Under the pieces are notes generated by a model. The model was given only the letters and a program-made list of their open reading frames with translations, ran no database searches and was not told the origin of the DNA. Shown one piece after another: positions 33,061-41,988 of a stretch of 64,000 nucleotides of DNA (position 1 is its first letter; every line of letters begins with the position of its first letter). Location: NCBI GenBank assembly GCA_900320285.1, contig ONRQ01000021.1, positions 2,705 through 66,704 on the forward strand. Direction: 5' to 3'. Both the position numbers and the translations under genes were made by a program. This stretch comes from an uncultured Eubacteriales bacterium. Its GTDB lineage: Bacteria; Bacillota; Clostridia; Peptostreptococcales; Anaerovoracaceae.

Positions 33061-34268
33061 GCACTGTATTTAAAAAAGAGAATCTGTTTATTAGGATAGC
33101 TATTGGCTTCGGGGCCGGGATCCTGCTGGGGACCTTGGCTCCGCAGTTTTCGATTGACACAAAAATCGTCGGCGATGTATATCTGAACCTGCTAAAGGTG
33201 ATGGTTATACCTGTCCTCATGTGCGCCGTGATGACCGGCATAATAAATTCCGCAAATCTGGCATCGCTCAGACGGGTAGCTGTGAAAACAGTTCTGCTTT
33301 ATGTGCTGATGTTTCTGGCTTCGTTTGCAGTTGCGTTTGGAGTTGCCATGATGATAAGGCCGGGTAGGGGCGTCGTGTTCGAGAACCAGCCGGTTTATGA
33401 AGGAACAATAGGCGGCCCGATAAATATTTCAGGTATTCTCCGCGGCCTGCTGCCGCACAGCTTTTCCGATGTTCTGTCAGCGAAATGCATACTTCCGGCG
33501 CTGCTTCTTGCAATACTGCTTTCCGTTGTAATAATTGCAATGGGAGAAAAGGCTGAGCCGGTCACGAAATTCATAAACAGACTGAAGGATGTGGTTTTCC
33601 GCCTGCTCTCGATAATAATGGAGACATCACCTATAGGCGTAATGTCACTGATGGCGTTTTCGATAGCACAGTATGGTATGGGACTGTTCATGGCAATAGG
33701 GAAGTACATAATCTGCTGCTGGCTGGCCTGCATCGCGGTGTATATAATTGTTTTTTTCATCCCGGTGCGGCTTTACACCGGGAAAGACGCAAGGACATTC
33801 CTGTCTGCGTGCGGTAAGGTTGCCCTTATGACGCTTTCCACAACAAGCTCTGCGGCAGCACTGCCTACAACCATACGGGTCAGTGTTGAGGACCTTGGGG
33901 CTCCGGCGGAAATAAGCAACTTTACTCTTCCTCTGGGGTGCACCATAAACATGTGTGGAGGCGCCTGCTCATTCTGCTGCCTTGCAGTCTTTGTTTCTGA
34001 TTTCTATTCGCTCGACCTGCCGCTCGTGCAGTTTGCTATGATGGCAATAATTGCGACACTCCTGAATATGGCAGCACCGGGCATACCCGGAGGAGGAATA
34101 GTGCTGATGACATCATTCCTAACCATATTCAGCCTTCCGGTCGACCTGATCGGACCGATAGCAGCTTTCTACAGATTGCTTGATATGGCATTTACGACTA
34201 TCAATGTTGAAGGTGATATCGCAGCCAATCTGATAATTGCTAAATCAGAGGGGAACATGATACAATAA
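33057..34268 (+). CDS. Dicarboxylate/amino acid:cation symporter (DAACS) family transporter, divergent
   Basis: SSAAALPTT, TINMCGGA and DMAFTTINVEGD correspond to conserved DAACS motifs. GTG start overlaps the yicC stop (GTGA). Confidence 0.8.
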   Translation: MSTVFKKENLFIRIAIGFGAGILLGTLAPQFSIDTKIVGDVYLNLLKVMVIPVLMCAVMTGIINSANLASLRRVAVKTVLLYVLMFLASFAVAFGVAMMIRPGRGVVFENQPVYEGTIGGPINISGILRGLLPHSFSDVLSAKCILPALLLAILLSVVIIAMGEKAEPVTKFINRLKDVVFRLLSIIMETSPIGVMSLMAFSIAQYGMGLFMAIGKYIICCWLACIAVYIIVFFIPVRLYTGKDARTFLSACGKVALMTLSTTSSAAALPTTIRVSVEDLGAPAEISNFTLPLGCTINMCGGACSFCCLAVFVSDFYSLDLPLVQFAMMAIIATLLNMAAPGIPGGGIVLMTSFLTIFSLPVDLIGPIAAFYRLLDMAFTTINVEGDIAANLIIAKSEGNMIQ

Positions 34269-34289
34269 TAAGTCAGCGGGGAGGTGTAT

Positions 34290-34913
34290 ATGAGCCGTAA
34301 AAAAGGCAGATTATATGTAATATCCGGACCGTCGGGAACAGGCAAAGGCACTGTCTGCGGTGAGCTCCTCAAGGAGATCGGCAATGAGTTCTCAGTGTCT
34401 ATGACCACACGCGAACCACGCGAGGGCGAGGTCGACGGCAAAGACTATTTCTTTGTCACGAGGGAGGTCTTCCTTGAGCATATCGAGGCTGGCAATTTCC
34501 TCGAGCACGCGACTGTTTTCGACAACCTTTACGGAACGCCTAAAGACATGGTGATGAACCGTCTCGAAAGAGGCCGCAATGTCATACTCGATATCGATGT
34601 ACAGGGCGGTCTTCAGGTGAAACGTGCCATGCCTGAAGCGGTGCTTATATTCATACTTCCACCAAGCCTTGCAGAACTCAGAAGGCGCCTTGAAGGCAGA
34701 GGCACGGAGACTGCAGAGAAGATCGAGAAAAGGCTTGGTCAGGCTCTGAATGAGATCAAACTCATAGGAGAATACGATTATTACATAGTAAATGATGACC
34801 TGAAAGAGGCTGTTACGCTGGCTAAATGCATAATGGCTGCCGAATCTGCAAAAGTGCCTGAGGCAGTCAAGCCTATCATCAGGGAATACGAAAACGAGTC
34901 AAAACAGAAGTAA
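34290..34913 (+). CDS. gmk: Guanylate kinase
   Basis: ISGPSGTGKGT P-loop, TTREPREGEVDGKDYFF. Confidence 0.95.
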   Translation: MSRKKGRLYVISGPSGTGKGTVCGELLKEIGNEFSVSMTTREPREGEVDGKDYFFVTREVFLEHIEAGNFLEHATVFDNLYGTPKDMVMNRLERGRNVILDIDVQGGLQVKRAMPEAVLIFILPPSLAELRRRLEGRGTETAEKIEKRLGQALNEIKLIGEYDYYIVNDDLKEAVTLAKCIMAAESAKVPEAVKPIIREYENESKQK

Positions 34914-34933
34914 CTTTAGAAAGGGGAACCGTA

Positions 34934-35137
34934 ATGCTTCTTTATCCATCAATAAACAAACTCAGAGACAAGACAGACAGCAGATATTCGCTCGTCATAC
35001 TCACTTCCAAGAGAGCAAGGGACATCGTTGACGGTAAGCCGGCTCTTACAGAAGAAGAGAGCGAAAGACCTGTCAGCCAGGCAGCAAAGGAGATCGCTGA
35101 AGATCTGATCACTTACACAAGAAAAGAAGAGGAGTAA
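34934..35137 (+). CDS. rpoZ: DNA-directed RNA polymerase subunit omega
   Basis: 67 aa, SRYSLVILTSKRARDI motif, in the conserved position after gmk. Confidence 0.9.
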   Translation: MLLYPSINKLRDKTDSRYSLVILTSKRARDIVDGKPALTEEESERPVSQAAKEIAEDLITYTRKEEE

Positions 35138-35140
35138 GTC

Positions 35141-36655
35141 ATGAAACACAGACCAACCATGCTGATGATCCTTGACGGATTCGGCTACAGAGAAGAATTC
35201 TACGGAAATGCTATTATGAAGGCTAAGACGCCTGTACTCGATGAACTTTTCGACAATTATCCGTTTATCACGATTTATGCAAGCGGTGAACCTGTCGGAC
35301 TTCCTGCAGGTCAGATGGGCAACTCCGAGGTAGGTCATCTTAACATAGGTGCCGGAAGTGTTATTTATCAGAATCTTCTCAAGATCTCGAGATCCATAGA
35401 TTCAGGAGAGTTCTATGAGAATGAAGCTCTTATGGCTGCAATGAAGAACGCAGCTGAAGGACATACGCTCCACATTATGGGACTCGTTTCGGACGGCGGC
35501 GTACACAGCCACATGAAACACCTCATGGCCACGATAAACATGGCAAAGAAGAACGGCGTAAAGGATGTAGCAGTTCACTGCTTCCTCGACGGAAGAGACG
35601 TTCCGCCGAAGAGCGCCATGACATGGCTTGGACCTCTCGAAGAATACCTGAAAGAAAACGAAGCCGGATGCATCGGCGTCATTTCGGGCAGATTCTACGC
35701 TATGGACAGAGACAAGAGATGGGAGCGTCTGGTAAGAGCTTATGACGCACTTACTCTCAGCGAAGGACTCACTGCATCAAGCACAAAGGAGTGCATGGAC
35801 AACTCCTACGCAAAGGACGAAGTAGATGAGTTCGTTCAGCCTACAGTTATCAATCCGGTTGCTATCAAGGACGGCGATTCAGTGATTTTCATCAACTTCA
35901 GACCTGACAGAGCAAGAGAGATCACCCGCGCTCTGGTAGATCCTGACTTTGACGGATTCGAAAGAAAGTCTGCTCCTAAGGATCTTACTTACGTCTGCAT
36001 GGCTGAGTACGATGCAACAATGCCAAATGTACTGGTAGCATTCCCGCCGCAGGATGTAGATCCGACTTTAGGCAAGACTATCGCAGACCTTGGCCTCAAG
36101 CAGCTCCGTATTGCAGAGACTGAGAAGTATGCTCATGTAACATTCTTCTTCAACGGCGGTGTTGAGGAACCGAATGTGGGTGAAGACAGAATACTGATCC
36201 CTTCACCGAAGGTTGCTACTTATGACCTGCAGCCTGAGATGAGCGCTCCTGAAGTTGCAGAAGCAGTTATCGACAGGATCAACAAGGATATCTATGATCT
36301 CATCGTTCTTAACTTCGCGAACCCTGACATGGTAGGGCACACAGGAGATTTCGATGCGGCAGTCAAGGCGATAGAGGCACTCGATGGCCTGATCGGACAG
36401 ATCCGTGACGCTATATTCGAGAAGGACGGACAGATCCTCCTTACTGCAGACCACGGCAACGCTGATACCATGCTCGACGAGAAGGGCGAGCCGGTAACAA
36501 AGCACTCGACATCCAAAGTTCCGCTTTGCCACATCTGCAAGGAGCCGGTTCCGTTCAAGAAGCCTTCGGGCAAGCTTGCCGACATCGCGCCTACTATCCT
36601 GACTCTGATGGGACTGGAAGTGCCGGCTGGCATGGAAGGAGATGTACTGGTTTAA
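35141..36655 (+). CDS. gpmI: 2,3-bisphosphoglycerate-independent phosphoglycerate mutase
   Basis: MLMILDGFG, GNSEVGHLNIGAG, SDGGVHSH and TADHGNA motifs. Confidence 0.95.
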   Translation: MKHRPTMLMILDGFGYREEFYGNAIMKAKTPVLDELFDNYPFITIYASGEPVGLPAGQMGNSEVGHLNIGAGSVIYQNLLKISRSIDSGEFYENEALMAAMKNAAEGHTLHIMGLVSDGGVHSHMKHLMATINMAKKNGVKDVAVHCFLDGRDVPPKSAMTWLGPLEEYLKENEAGCIGVISGRFYAMDRDKRWERLVRAYDALTLSEGLTASSTKECMDNSYAKDEVDEFVQPTVINPVAIKDGDSVIFINFRPDRAREITRALVDPDFDGFERKSAPKDLTYVCMAEYDATMPNVLVAFPPQDVDPTLGKTIADLGLKQLRIAETEKYAHVTFFFNGGVEEPNVGEDRILIPSPKVATYDLQPEMSAPEVAEAVIDRINKDIYDLIVLNFANPDMVGHTGDFDAAVKAIEALDGLIGQIRDAIFEKDGQILLTADHGNADTMLDEKGEPVTKHSTSKVPLCHICKEPVPFKKPSGKLADIAPTILTLMGLEVPAGMEGDVLV

Positions 36656-36689
36656 GACCGGTTTTTCACTCTCATAAAATGATATATTT

Positions 36690-36723
36690 GGCACAGGGAA
36701 TAAAAACCCTGTGCCTCTTTTTA
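36690..36723 (+). terminator. Intrinsic terminator after gpmI
   Basis: GGCACAGGG-aataaaaa-CCCTGTGCC followed by TCTTTTTATT. Confidence 0.8.
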
Positions 36724-36758
36724 TTGATATGGTCAAACATCACAGCTAAAATATAATC

Positions 36759-39668
36759 ATGGCAAACAGATTTACCGAAGAACAGGAAAAAGCAATAAAG
36801 ACACTGGATAAGTCGGTGCTCGTATCCGCTGCGGCGGGTTCGGGCAAGACATCTGTGCTTATTGAGCGGATAATCAGGATCATCCTTGAAGGCAAGGCCA
36901 ACGTGGATGAGATGCTTGTCGTGACTTTTACTAACGCTGCTGCTTCCGAGATGAAGCTGAGGCTGGCAGGCGCTATAAGAAAAAGGATGGCAGATCATCC
37001 TGAAGATGTACTGCGCATGAAGGACCAGCTGGCAAGGCTGTATAAGGCGTATATCTCAACCATCGACAGCTTCGCGCTCAGGGTCATAAAGGAATTCTTC
37101 CACATGACTGACATGGAGCCGTCTTTTGGCGTTGCAGATGATGTGCAGTGCGAGCTGCTCAGGCGCGAAGCTCTGAGTGAGCTCTTTGAGGACGGGTTCG
37201 AAAATGACGACCTTATAGAAGGCGGAAGTTTCAGATCTTTCCTGAGATTATACAGTGAAGAGCGCAGCGACGATACATTCATGGACGGCGTGCTTGACGC
37301 ATACTCAAAGCTCAGAACCATGCCAGACTACTTCGACTGGGCCTTTGCTAAGGCAGAGCAGTTGAAAGTAACACCTGAAACCTTTGAAGGTTCTGACTTT
37401 CAGAAGATGATGTACGCTGATGCCGAAGCAGTATTCAGGAGTGTAAAAGGTGCTCTGGCAAAGCTGAAGGTGCTCTTTACGGAAGCAGGTATTCCTGAAA
37501 TGTATGAGTCAAAGCTGGCAGAGCAGGCCATTGCTGTAGAAGAGGTGTATAATGCCCTGATCTCAGACAAGCCATACTCAGAAGTGTACGCTGCAATAGA
37601 AGGAATCCCTTCGACAAGAGTGGTGGCAAAAAATGCTCAGAAGGAGGCTTACGAGTCAATAAAAGCTGATGTCAGGGAGCTTAACACGGCACTGAAGGAC
37701 GAGATCAATAACTTTAAAAAGAGATATTTGATTCCTGATCTCGAGGAACGCCTGGCCGAGATGAGCTCGACATATGAGTATACGGTCTACTATCTGCGTA
37801 TGCTGCAGGAGTTTGAAAGAAGGTATGATGCCAAAAAACGCGAAAAGAGGGTCATAGATTTTGCGGACATGGAGCACATAGCTGTCCGCATACTCAAAAA
37901 TGACGAAGCTGCTGATACGCTCCGTAAAAGGTTCAGGTTCATATTCGTTGATGAATATCAGGATACCAACAATATACAGGAGAACCTGATCAGCCGCGTT
38001 GCGCGCCCTGACAACGTGTTCAGGGTAGGTGACGTAAAACAGAGCATTTACAAGTTCAGACAGGCAGAACCTGAAATATTCGAAAGACTGTATGCCAGAT
38101 ATATCGAGGGCAAAGAGCCGGATGGCATTGCCATAGATCTGGGACGCAATTTCAGGACCAACGATGCTACCATCAGGTACATCAACCATGTTTTCAGCAA
38201 TATCATGGAGGGCTATGACGAGCGCTCCATGCTGTACACCGGTATCAGGAACTGTCCGCCTGAATACGACTTTATACCTGAGGTCCATGTCCTCTACGAT
38301 GACTCCGGAGATGAAGAATATGATCCGGATGCTGCTGAAGAGGGGAGTGCAGATGAAGAAATAGAGGAGCTCAGCAAGGAAGAAGCGGAAGCTGAGTATA
38401 TCGCCGGACTCGTACAGTCGATCATTGGCACTGATTTCTACGATACCATGGCCGGTGTTGTGAGAAAAGCCGGCGCAAAAGACATAGCGATACTTTTCAG
38501 AGCGGTCAAACGCAGGGGCGAGATAATGAGCCGCGCTCTGAGAGAACGGGCGATAGAAGCTCATGTTGAGGAGACTGAGGACTTTTTTGATACCATCGAG
38601 ATAGAAGTGGCGCTCGCTCTTCTGACATGTATCGACAACATGAAGAGAGACGTGCCGCTGATCTCCGTACTGCACTCAGAGGTGTTCGGATTCAGCCCTG
38701 ATGAGCTCGCGCGCATAAGGATAGAATATAAGAAGACAGGAAATGACCGCTCGGCATACTGGGAAGCCTTCAAATGGTTCACTGAAAAGGGACCTGAAGG
38801 AAAGCTGAAGGAAAAAGCAGCAGACGCGCTCAGTGCTCTTATGGAATGGCGCAGGCTGTCACGCGTACTGCCTCTCGAAGAATTTGTGTGGAAAGTGCTG
38901 GTAGATTCCGGTTATTACAGGATGGCCGGTGCCATGCCGGGAGGAGCTGCAAGGCAGGCCAACCTCAGAAACCTTGCGGACAGAGCGGCAGGATTCAGCA
39001 AGGACACCATTGCCACTCTCAGCTCATTTATCACGTTCCTTGATCTTCTTAAGAGCAAAAAAATCAAAAACGGACAGGCTTCAATGGTTGGCAGGGATGA
39101 CGATGTTGTGCGAATATCCACGATACACAAGAGCAAAGGTCTTGAATACCCGTTTGTCATAGTAGGCGGACTTGGTCATAGATTCAGATTTGATACAAAC
39201 AGCAAAGAATTCAGCTTCGACCCGGAGGGCGGAGTAAGTCTTCCGTATGTGGATCCGGCGCGCAGATACTGGCGTTCAACCGTACTGCAGCGCGCCATCA
39301 ATTCAAAATCCAGGAATGACTCTTACAGAGAAGAAATGAGGCTCCTGTATGTAGCCATGACGAGAGCACGCAATAAGCTCTATATGGTCGGTACATGCAA
39401 AAGTCAGGAAGATCTGGACAAGTACCAGATCCGTCCGGCAAACTTCCTGAAAGCAATGCAGAATGTGCTCAGGAGCGGTTACAACAGATTGTACATATCA
39501 CCTCTGGTGCTCTCCAGAAAAACTGATGATACCGCTGCTGAAAGCAGGATAAGCGCTTATTTCGACAGACCGCTCAATGAAGAGGAGCAGGCTATCTATG
39601 AAGAAATAGACAGAAGGTTCAGCTACAGATATCCTGATGAGGACCTTCTCACCGAGAAAGCCAAGTAA
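36759..39668 (+). CDS. addA: AddA (helicase-nuclease subunit A) helicase portion, terminated prematurely
   Basis: FTEEQEKAI...VSAAAGSGKTSVLIERI...VVTFTNAAASEMK, VDEYQDTN, and later UvrD-like motifs. Ends at TAA 39666-39668, before the nuclease domain. Confidence 0.85.
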   Translation: MANRFTEEQEKAIKTLDKSVLVSAAAGSGKTSVLIERIIRIILEGKANVDEMLVVTFTNAAASEMKLRLAGAIRKRMADHPEDVLRMKDQLARLYKAYISTIDSFALRVIKEFFHMTDMEPSFGVADDVQCELLRREALSELFEDGFENDDLIEGGSFRSFLRLYSEERSDDTFMDGVLDAYSKLRTMPDYFDWAFAKAEQLKVTPETFEGSDFQKMMYADAEAVFRSVKGALAKLKVLFTEAGIPEMYESKLAEQAIAVEEVYNALISDKPYSEVYAAIEGIPSTRVVAKNAQKEAYESIKADVRELNTALKDEINNFKKRYLIPDLEERLAEMSSTYEYTVYYLRMLQEFERRYDAKKREKRVIDFADMEHIAVRILKNDEAADTLRKRFRFIFVDEYQDTNNIQENLISRVARPDNVFRVGDVKQSIYKFRQAEPEIFERLYARYIEGKEPDGIAIDLGRNFRTNDATIRYINHVFSNIMEGYDERSMLYTGIRNCPPEYDFIPEVHVLYDDSGDEEYDPDAAEEGSADEEIEELSKEEAEAEYIAGLVQSIIGTDFYDTMAGVVRKAGAKDIAILFRAVKRRGEIMSRALRERAIEAHVEETEDFFDTIEIEVALALLTCIDNMKRDVPLISVLHSEVFGFSPDELARIRIEYKKTGNDRSAYWEAFKWFTEKGPEGKLKEKAADALSALMEWRRLSRVLPLEEFVWKVLVDSGYYRMAGAMPGGAARQANLRNLADRAAGFSKDTIATLSSFITFLDLLKSKKIKNGQASMVGRDDDVVRISTIHKSKGLEYPFVIVGGLGHRFRFDTNSKEFSFDPEGGVSLPYVDPARRYWRSTVLQRAINSKSRNDSYREEMRLLYVAMTRARNKLYMVGTCKSQEDLDKYQIRPANFLKAMQNVLRSGYNRLYISPLVLSRKTDDTAAESRISAYFDRPLNEEEQAIYEEIDRRFSYRYPDEDLLTEKAK

Positions 39669-39766
39669 GCGGAGCCCTTGGAGCATACTGGAAGCAGAGC
39701 GCGGAGAAGGAACTGGAGAAGGTCAGGGAGGAGCTTGAAAAGGAACGCCTGCAGAAAAAAGAAGCA

Positions 39767-40363
39767 GTGGTGACATCTGATGATGAAGTAACACATCTCC
39801 GCACGGGGGTAGAGAAGAGCAAGCATGCTTCTGCGGCTGACATAGGCATAGCATACCACCGGATCATGGAGTTCCTTGATTTCTCAAAGGTCATGGATCT
39901 ATCCGGCAATGTCAATGAGGAATATATATCAGAACGGGCCGGGTTTCTCAGGGAGCACGACGCAATCGACCCGGATGTATATGAGGCGCTCGATCTGAAT
40001 CGCATAGCTGCTTTCTTTACGGGTGATCTGGGAAGGAGAGCAATAGCCGCTGCAGCGAAAGGCAAGGCAATGCGTGAGAAAGCCTTCACGCTGCGTACAG
40101 TCCGCGGCGGACGCGAGATGCTGGTTCAGGGTGTCATCGACTGCTGCTTTGAAGAAGGCGGCAGAATGATACTGATAGACTACAAATCAAATTTCATAAG
40201 GCCGGGCAGTCAGCATGAGGCAGAGCTTGCGCGTATAAAAGATGAATATAAAGTCCAGATAGAGTTATACAGTGAAGCAATAGAAAAGGGTACGGGGATG
40301 AAGGTAAGTGAGGCATATCTTTACCTCTTTGCAAGTGGTGAAACAATCGACATGATAAATTAA
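39767..40363 (+). CDS. addA: AddA C-terminal RecB-type nuclease portion in a different frame (frame open from 39641)
   Basis: SAADIGIAYHRIMEFLDF and GVIDCCFEEGGRMILIDYKSN (PD-(D/E)XK motif). The frame overlaps the end of the upstream ORF by 28 nt. Confidence 0.8.
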   Translation: MVTSDDEVTHLRTGVEKSKHASAADIGIAYHRIMEFLDFSKVMDLSGNVNEEYISERAGFLREHDAIDPDVYEALDLNRIAAFFTGDLGRRAIAAAAKGKAMREKAFTLRTVRGGREMLVQGVIDCCFEEGGRMILIDYKSNFIRPGSQHEAELARIKDEYKVQIELYSEAIEKGTGMKVSEAYLYLFASGETIDMIN

Positions 40364-40383
40364 AAAAGAGGAAGGCGATACCG

Positions 40384-41910
40384 ATGAACGATGATCTTGT
40401 AAGAATAACCATACTTCATTCCAATGACATACACGGGAAGTTCACCGGCGAGACAGGCGATGACGGCAAGCTCAGAGGAAGCATGGCGCAGGTCGCGGGC
40501 CTTGTGGCGCAGACAAAGAAAGACAATCCCAACACTATCTATTGCATAGCCGGTGATGTATTCCAGGGTTCACTGATCGACAGCGATTATCAGGGCCTTT
40601 CAACCATAGACATACTGAATCTGATAGACATAGACGTAATGTCACTCGGAAACCACGAGCTGGATTACGGGATATCTCACATGCTGTTCGCAGGCAGATA
40701 TGCGAATTTCGATGTTATCAATGCAAACTTCATAGTCAAATCCAACAGGAAGCATCTGTTCAAACCGTACTATATGGTTGATATAGATGGAACCATAGTG
40801 CTCTTTATAGGCTTGCTGACTGAAAGTGTCATCGAACAGACACAGGCAGAGGGGCTTGTCGGCCGGTATGTGACAGTTGCTGATGCCAAAGATGAAATCA
40901 GAAGGACTTACGGTAAACTCAGAAAAAAAGGCCGCAAGGCAGATGTAGTAGTGCTCCTGACTCACATAGGTTGGGAAGCCGATCTGGAACTTGCCAGATC
41001 ACTTGAAAAGGAACTCGACGTAGACATCATAATCGGTGGCCACTCGCATACTTATATTGATGAGCCTGTGATAGAGAATGGAATCCTGGTGCTTCAGTGC
41101 GGATTCGAGAACACACATATCGGAAAACTCGAGTTTGTCTATAATAAGGCAACGGATGCAGTAGAGGAATACAGCTGGGAGATGATACCCGTAGATGAGG
41201 ACCACTGTCCTTCCGACATGTATGTAAGCGCCATGATCAATTCCTATGAGTACGAAATAGAGAACAAGTACAGTAAGCTGATCACGACTCTCAAAATGCC
41301 GCTCGATAACTACGGAAGAGGTAACCCTACCGAAGTGGGGCAGCTGTTCGCGGATGCTTTTGCTGATGCTCTGGGCGTCGATGTCATGGCTGTGGCTGCA
41401 TCCAGTCTGAGGTGCTACAGCCTGGACACAGATATTACCCTGGAGGGTCTGAAAGAGGCATATCCGTACAACGGCAAGATATACACGGTGACGATAAGCG
41501 GTGAACGGCTTAAGAAGGGAATAATGTATATGATGAGACCAGAGGTTCTGGAACAGTGGCAGGATGCATTTTTCCACTATTCGAAACGCCTGAAAATAGA
41601 TTTTGACTATGACAGTAAAGAACTGAATGTTGAGTTTGACGGAGAGCCGCTTGAGGACGACCAGATGCTGCAGATGGGCATGCAGGAATACTATCTTATC
41701 AATGCAGCGTTAGGATTCGGCATCAACCCGGAGGAACTGCTCGCGAACAAAGATATCATCTCTGTCGCTTCTGCGGATGCGTTCCAGACGCTGGAAGATT
41801 ATCTGTACCAGCATAAGGATCTCGGTGGTCCTATGGACGACAGATGTATCATAAGAGGAAATGTAGGTGGCCTGGCACTCGAGGTTAAAAAAAGAAGGGA
41901 AGAGAACTAA
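40384..41910 (+). CDS. Bifunctional metallophosphatase/5'-nucleotidase family protein (no signal peptide)
   Basis: ILHSNDIHGKF, AGDVFQGS, GNHELDYG and GGHSHT motifs. Confidence 0.85.
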   Translation: MNDDLVRITILHSNDIHGKFTGETGDDGKLRGSMAQVAGLVAQTKKDNPNTIYCIAGDVFQGSLIDSDYQGLSTIDILNLIDIDVMSLGNHELDYGISHMLFAGRYANFDVINANFIVKSNRKHLFKPYYMVDIDGTIVLFIGLLTESVIEQTQAEGLVGRYVTVADAKDEIRRTYGKLRKKGRKADVVVLLTHIGWEADLELARSLEKELDVDIIIGGHSHTYIDEPVIENGILVLQCGFENTHIGKLEFVYNKATDAVEEYSWEMIPVDEDHCPSDMYVSAMINSYEYEIENKYSKLITTLKMPLDNYGRGNPTEVGQLFADAFADALGVDVMAVAASSLRCYSLDTDITLEGLKEAYPYNGKIYTVTISGERLKKGIMYMMRPEVLEQWQDAFFHYSKRLKIDFDYDSKELNVEFDGEPLEDDQMLQMGMQEYYLINAALGFGINPEELLANKDIISVASADAFQTLEDYLYQHKDLGGPMDDRCIIRGNVGGLALEVKKRREEN

Positions 41911-41920
41911 ATGGAAAATA

Positions 41921-41951
41921 AAAGAGACCGCCGAAGCGGTCTCTTTTTTTG
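41921..41951. terminator. Bidirectional intrinsic terminator
   Basis: AAAGAGACCGC-cgaa-GCGGTCTCTTTTTTT between convergent genes. Confidence 0.8.
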
Positions 41952-41988
41952 TGTTTTTTGAGGTTTTACACCTAAAGAGTCATCTAGC

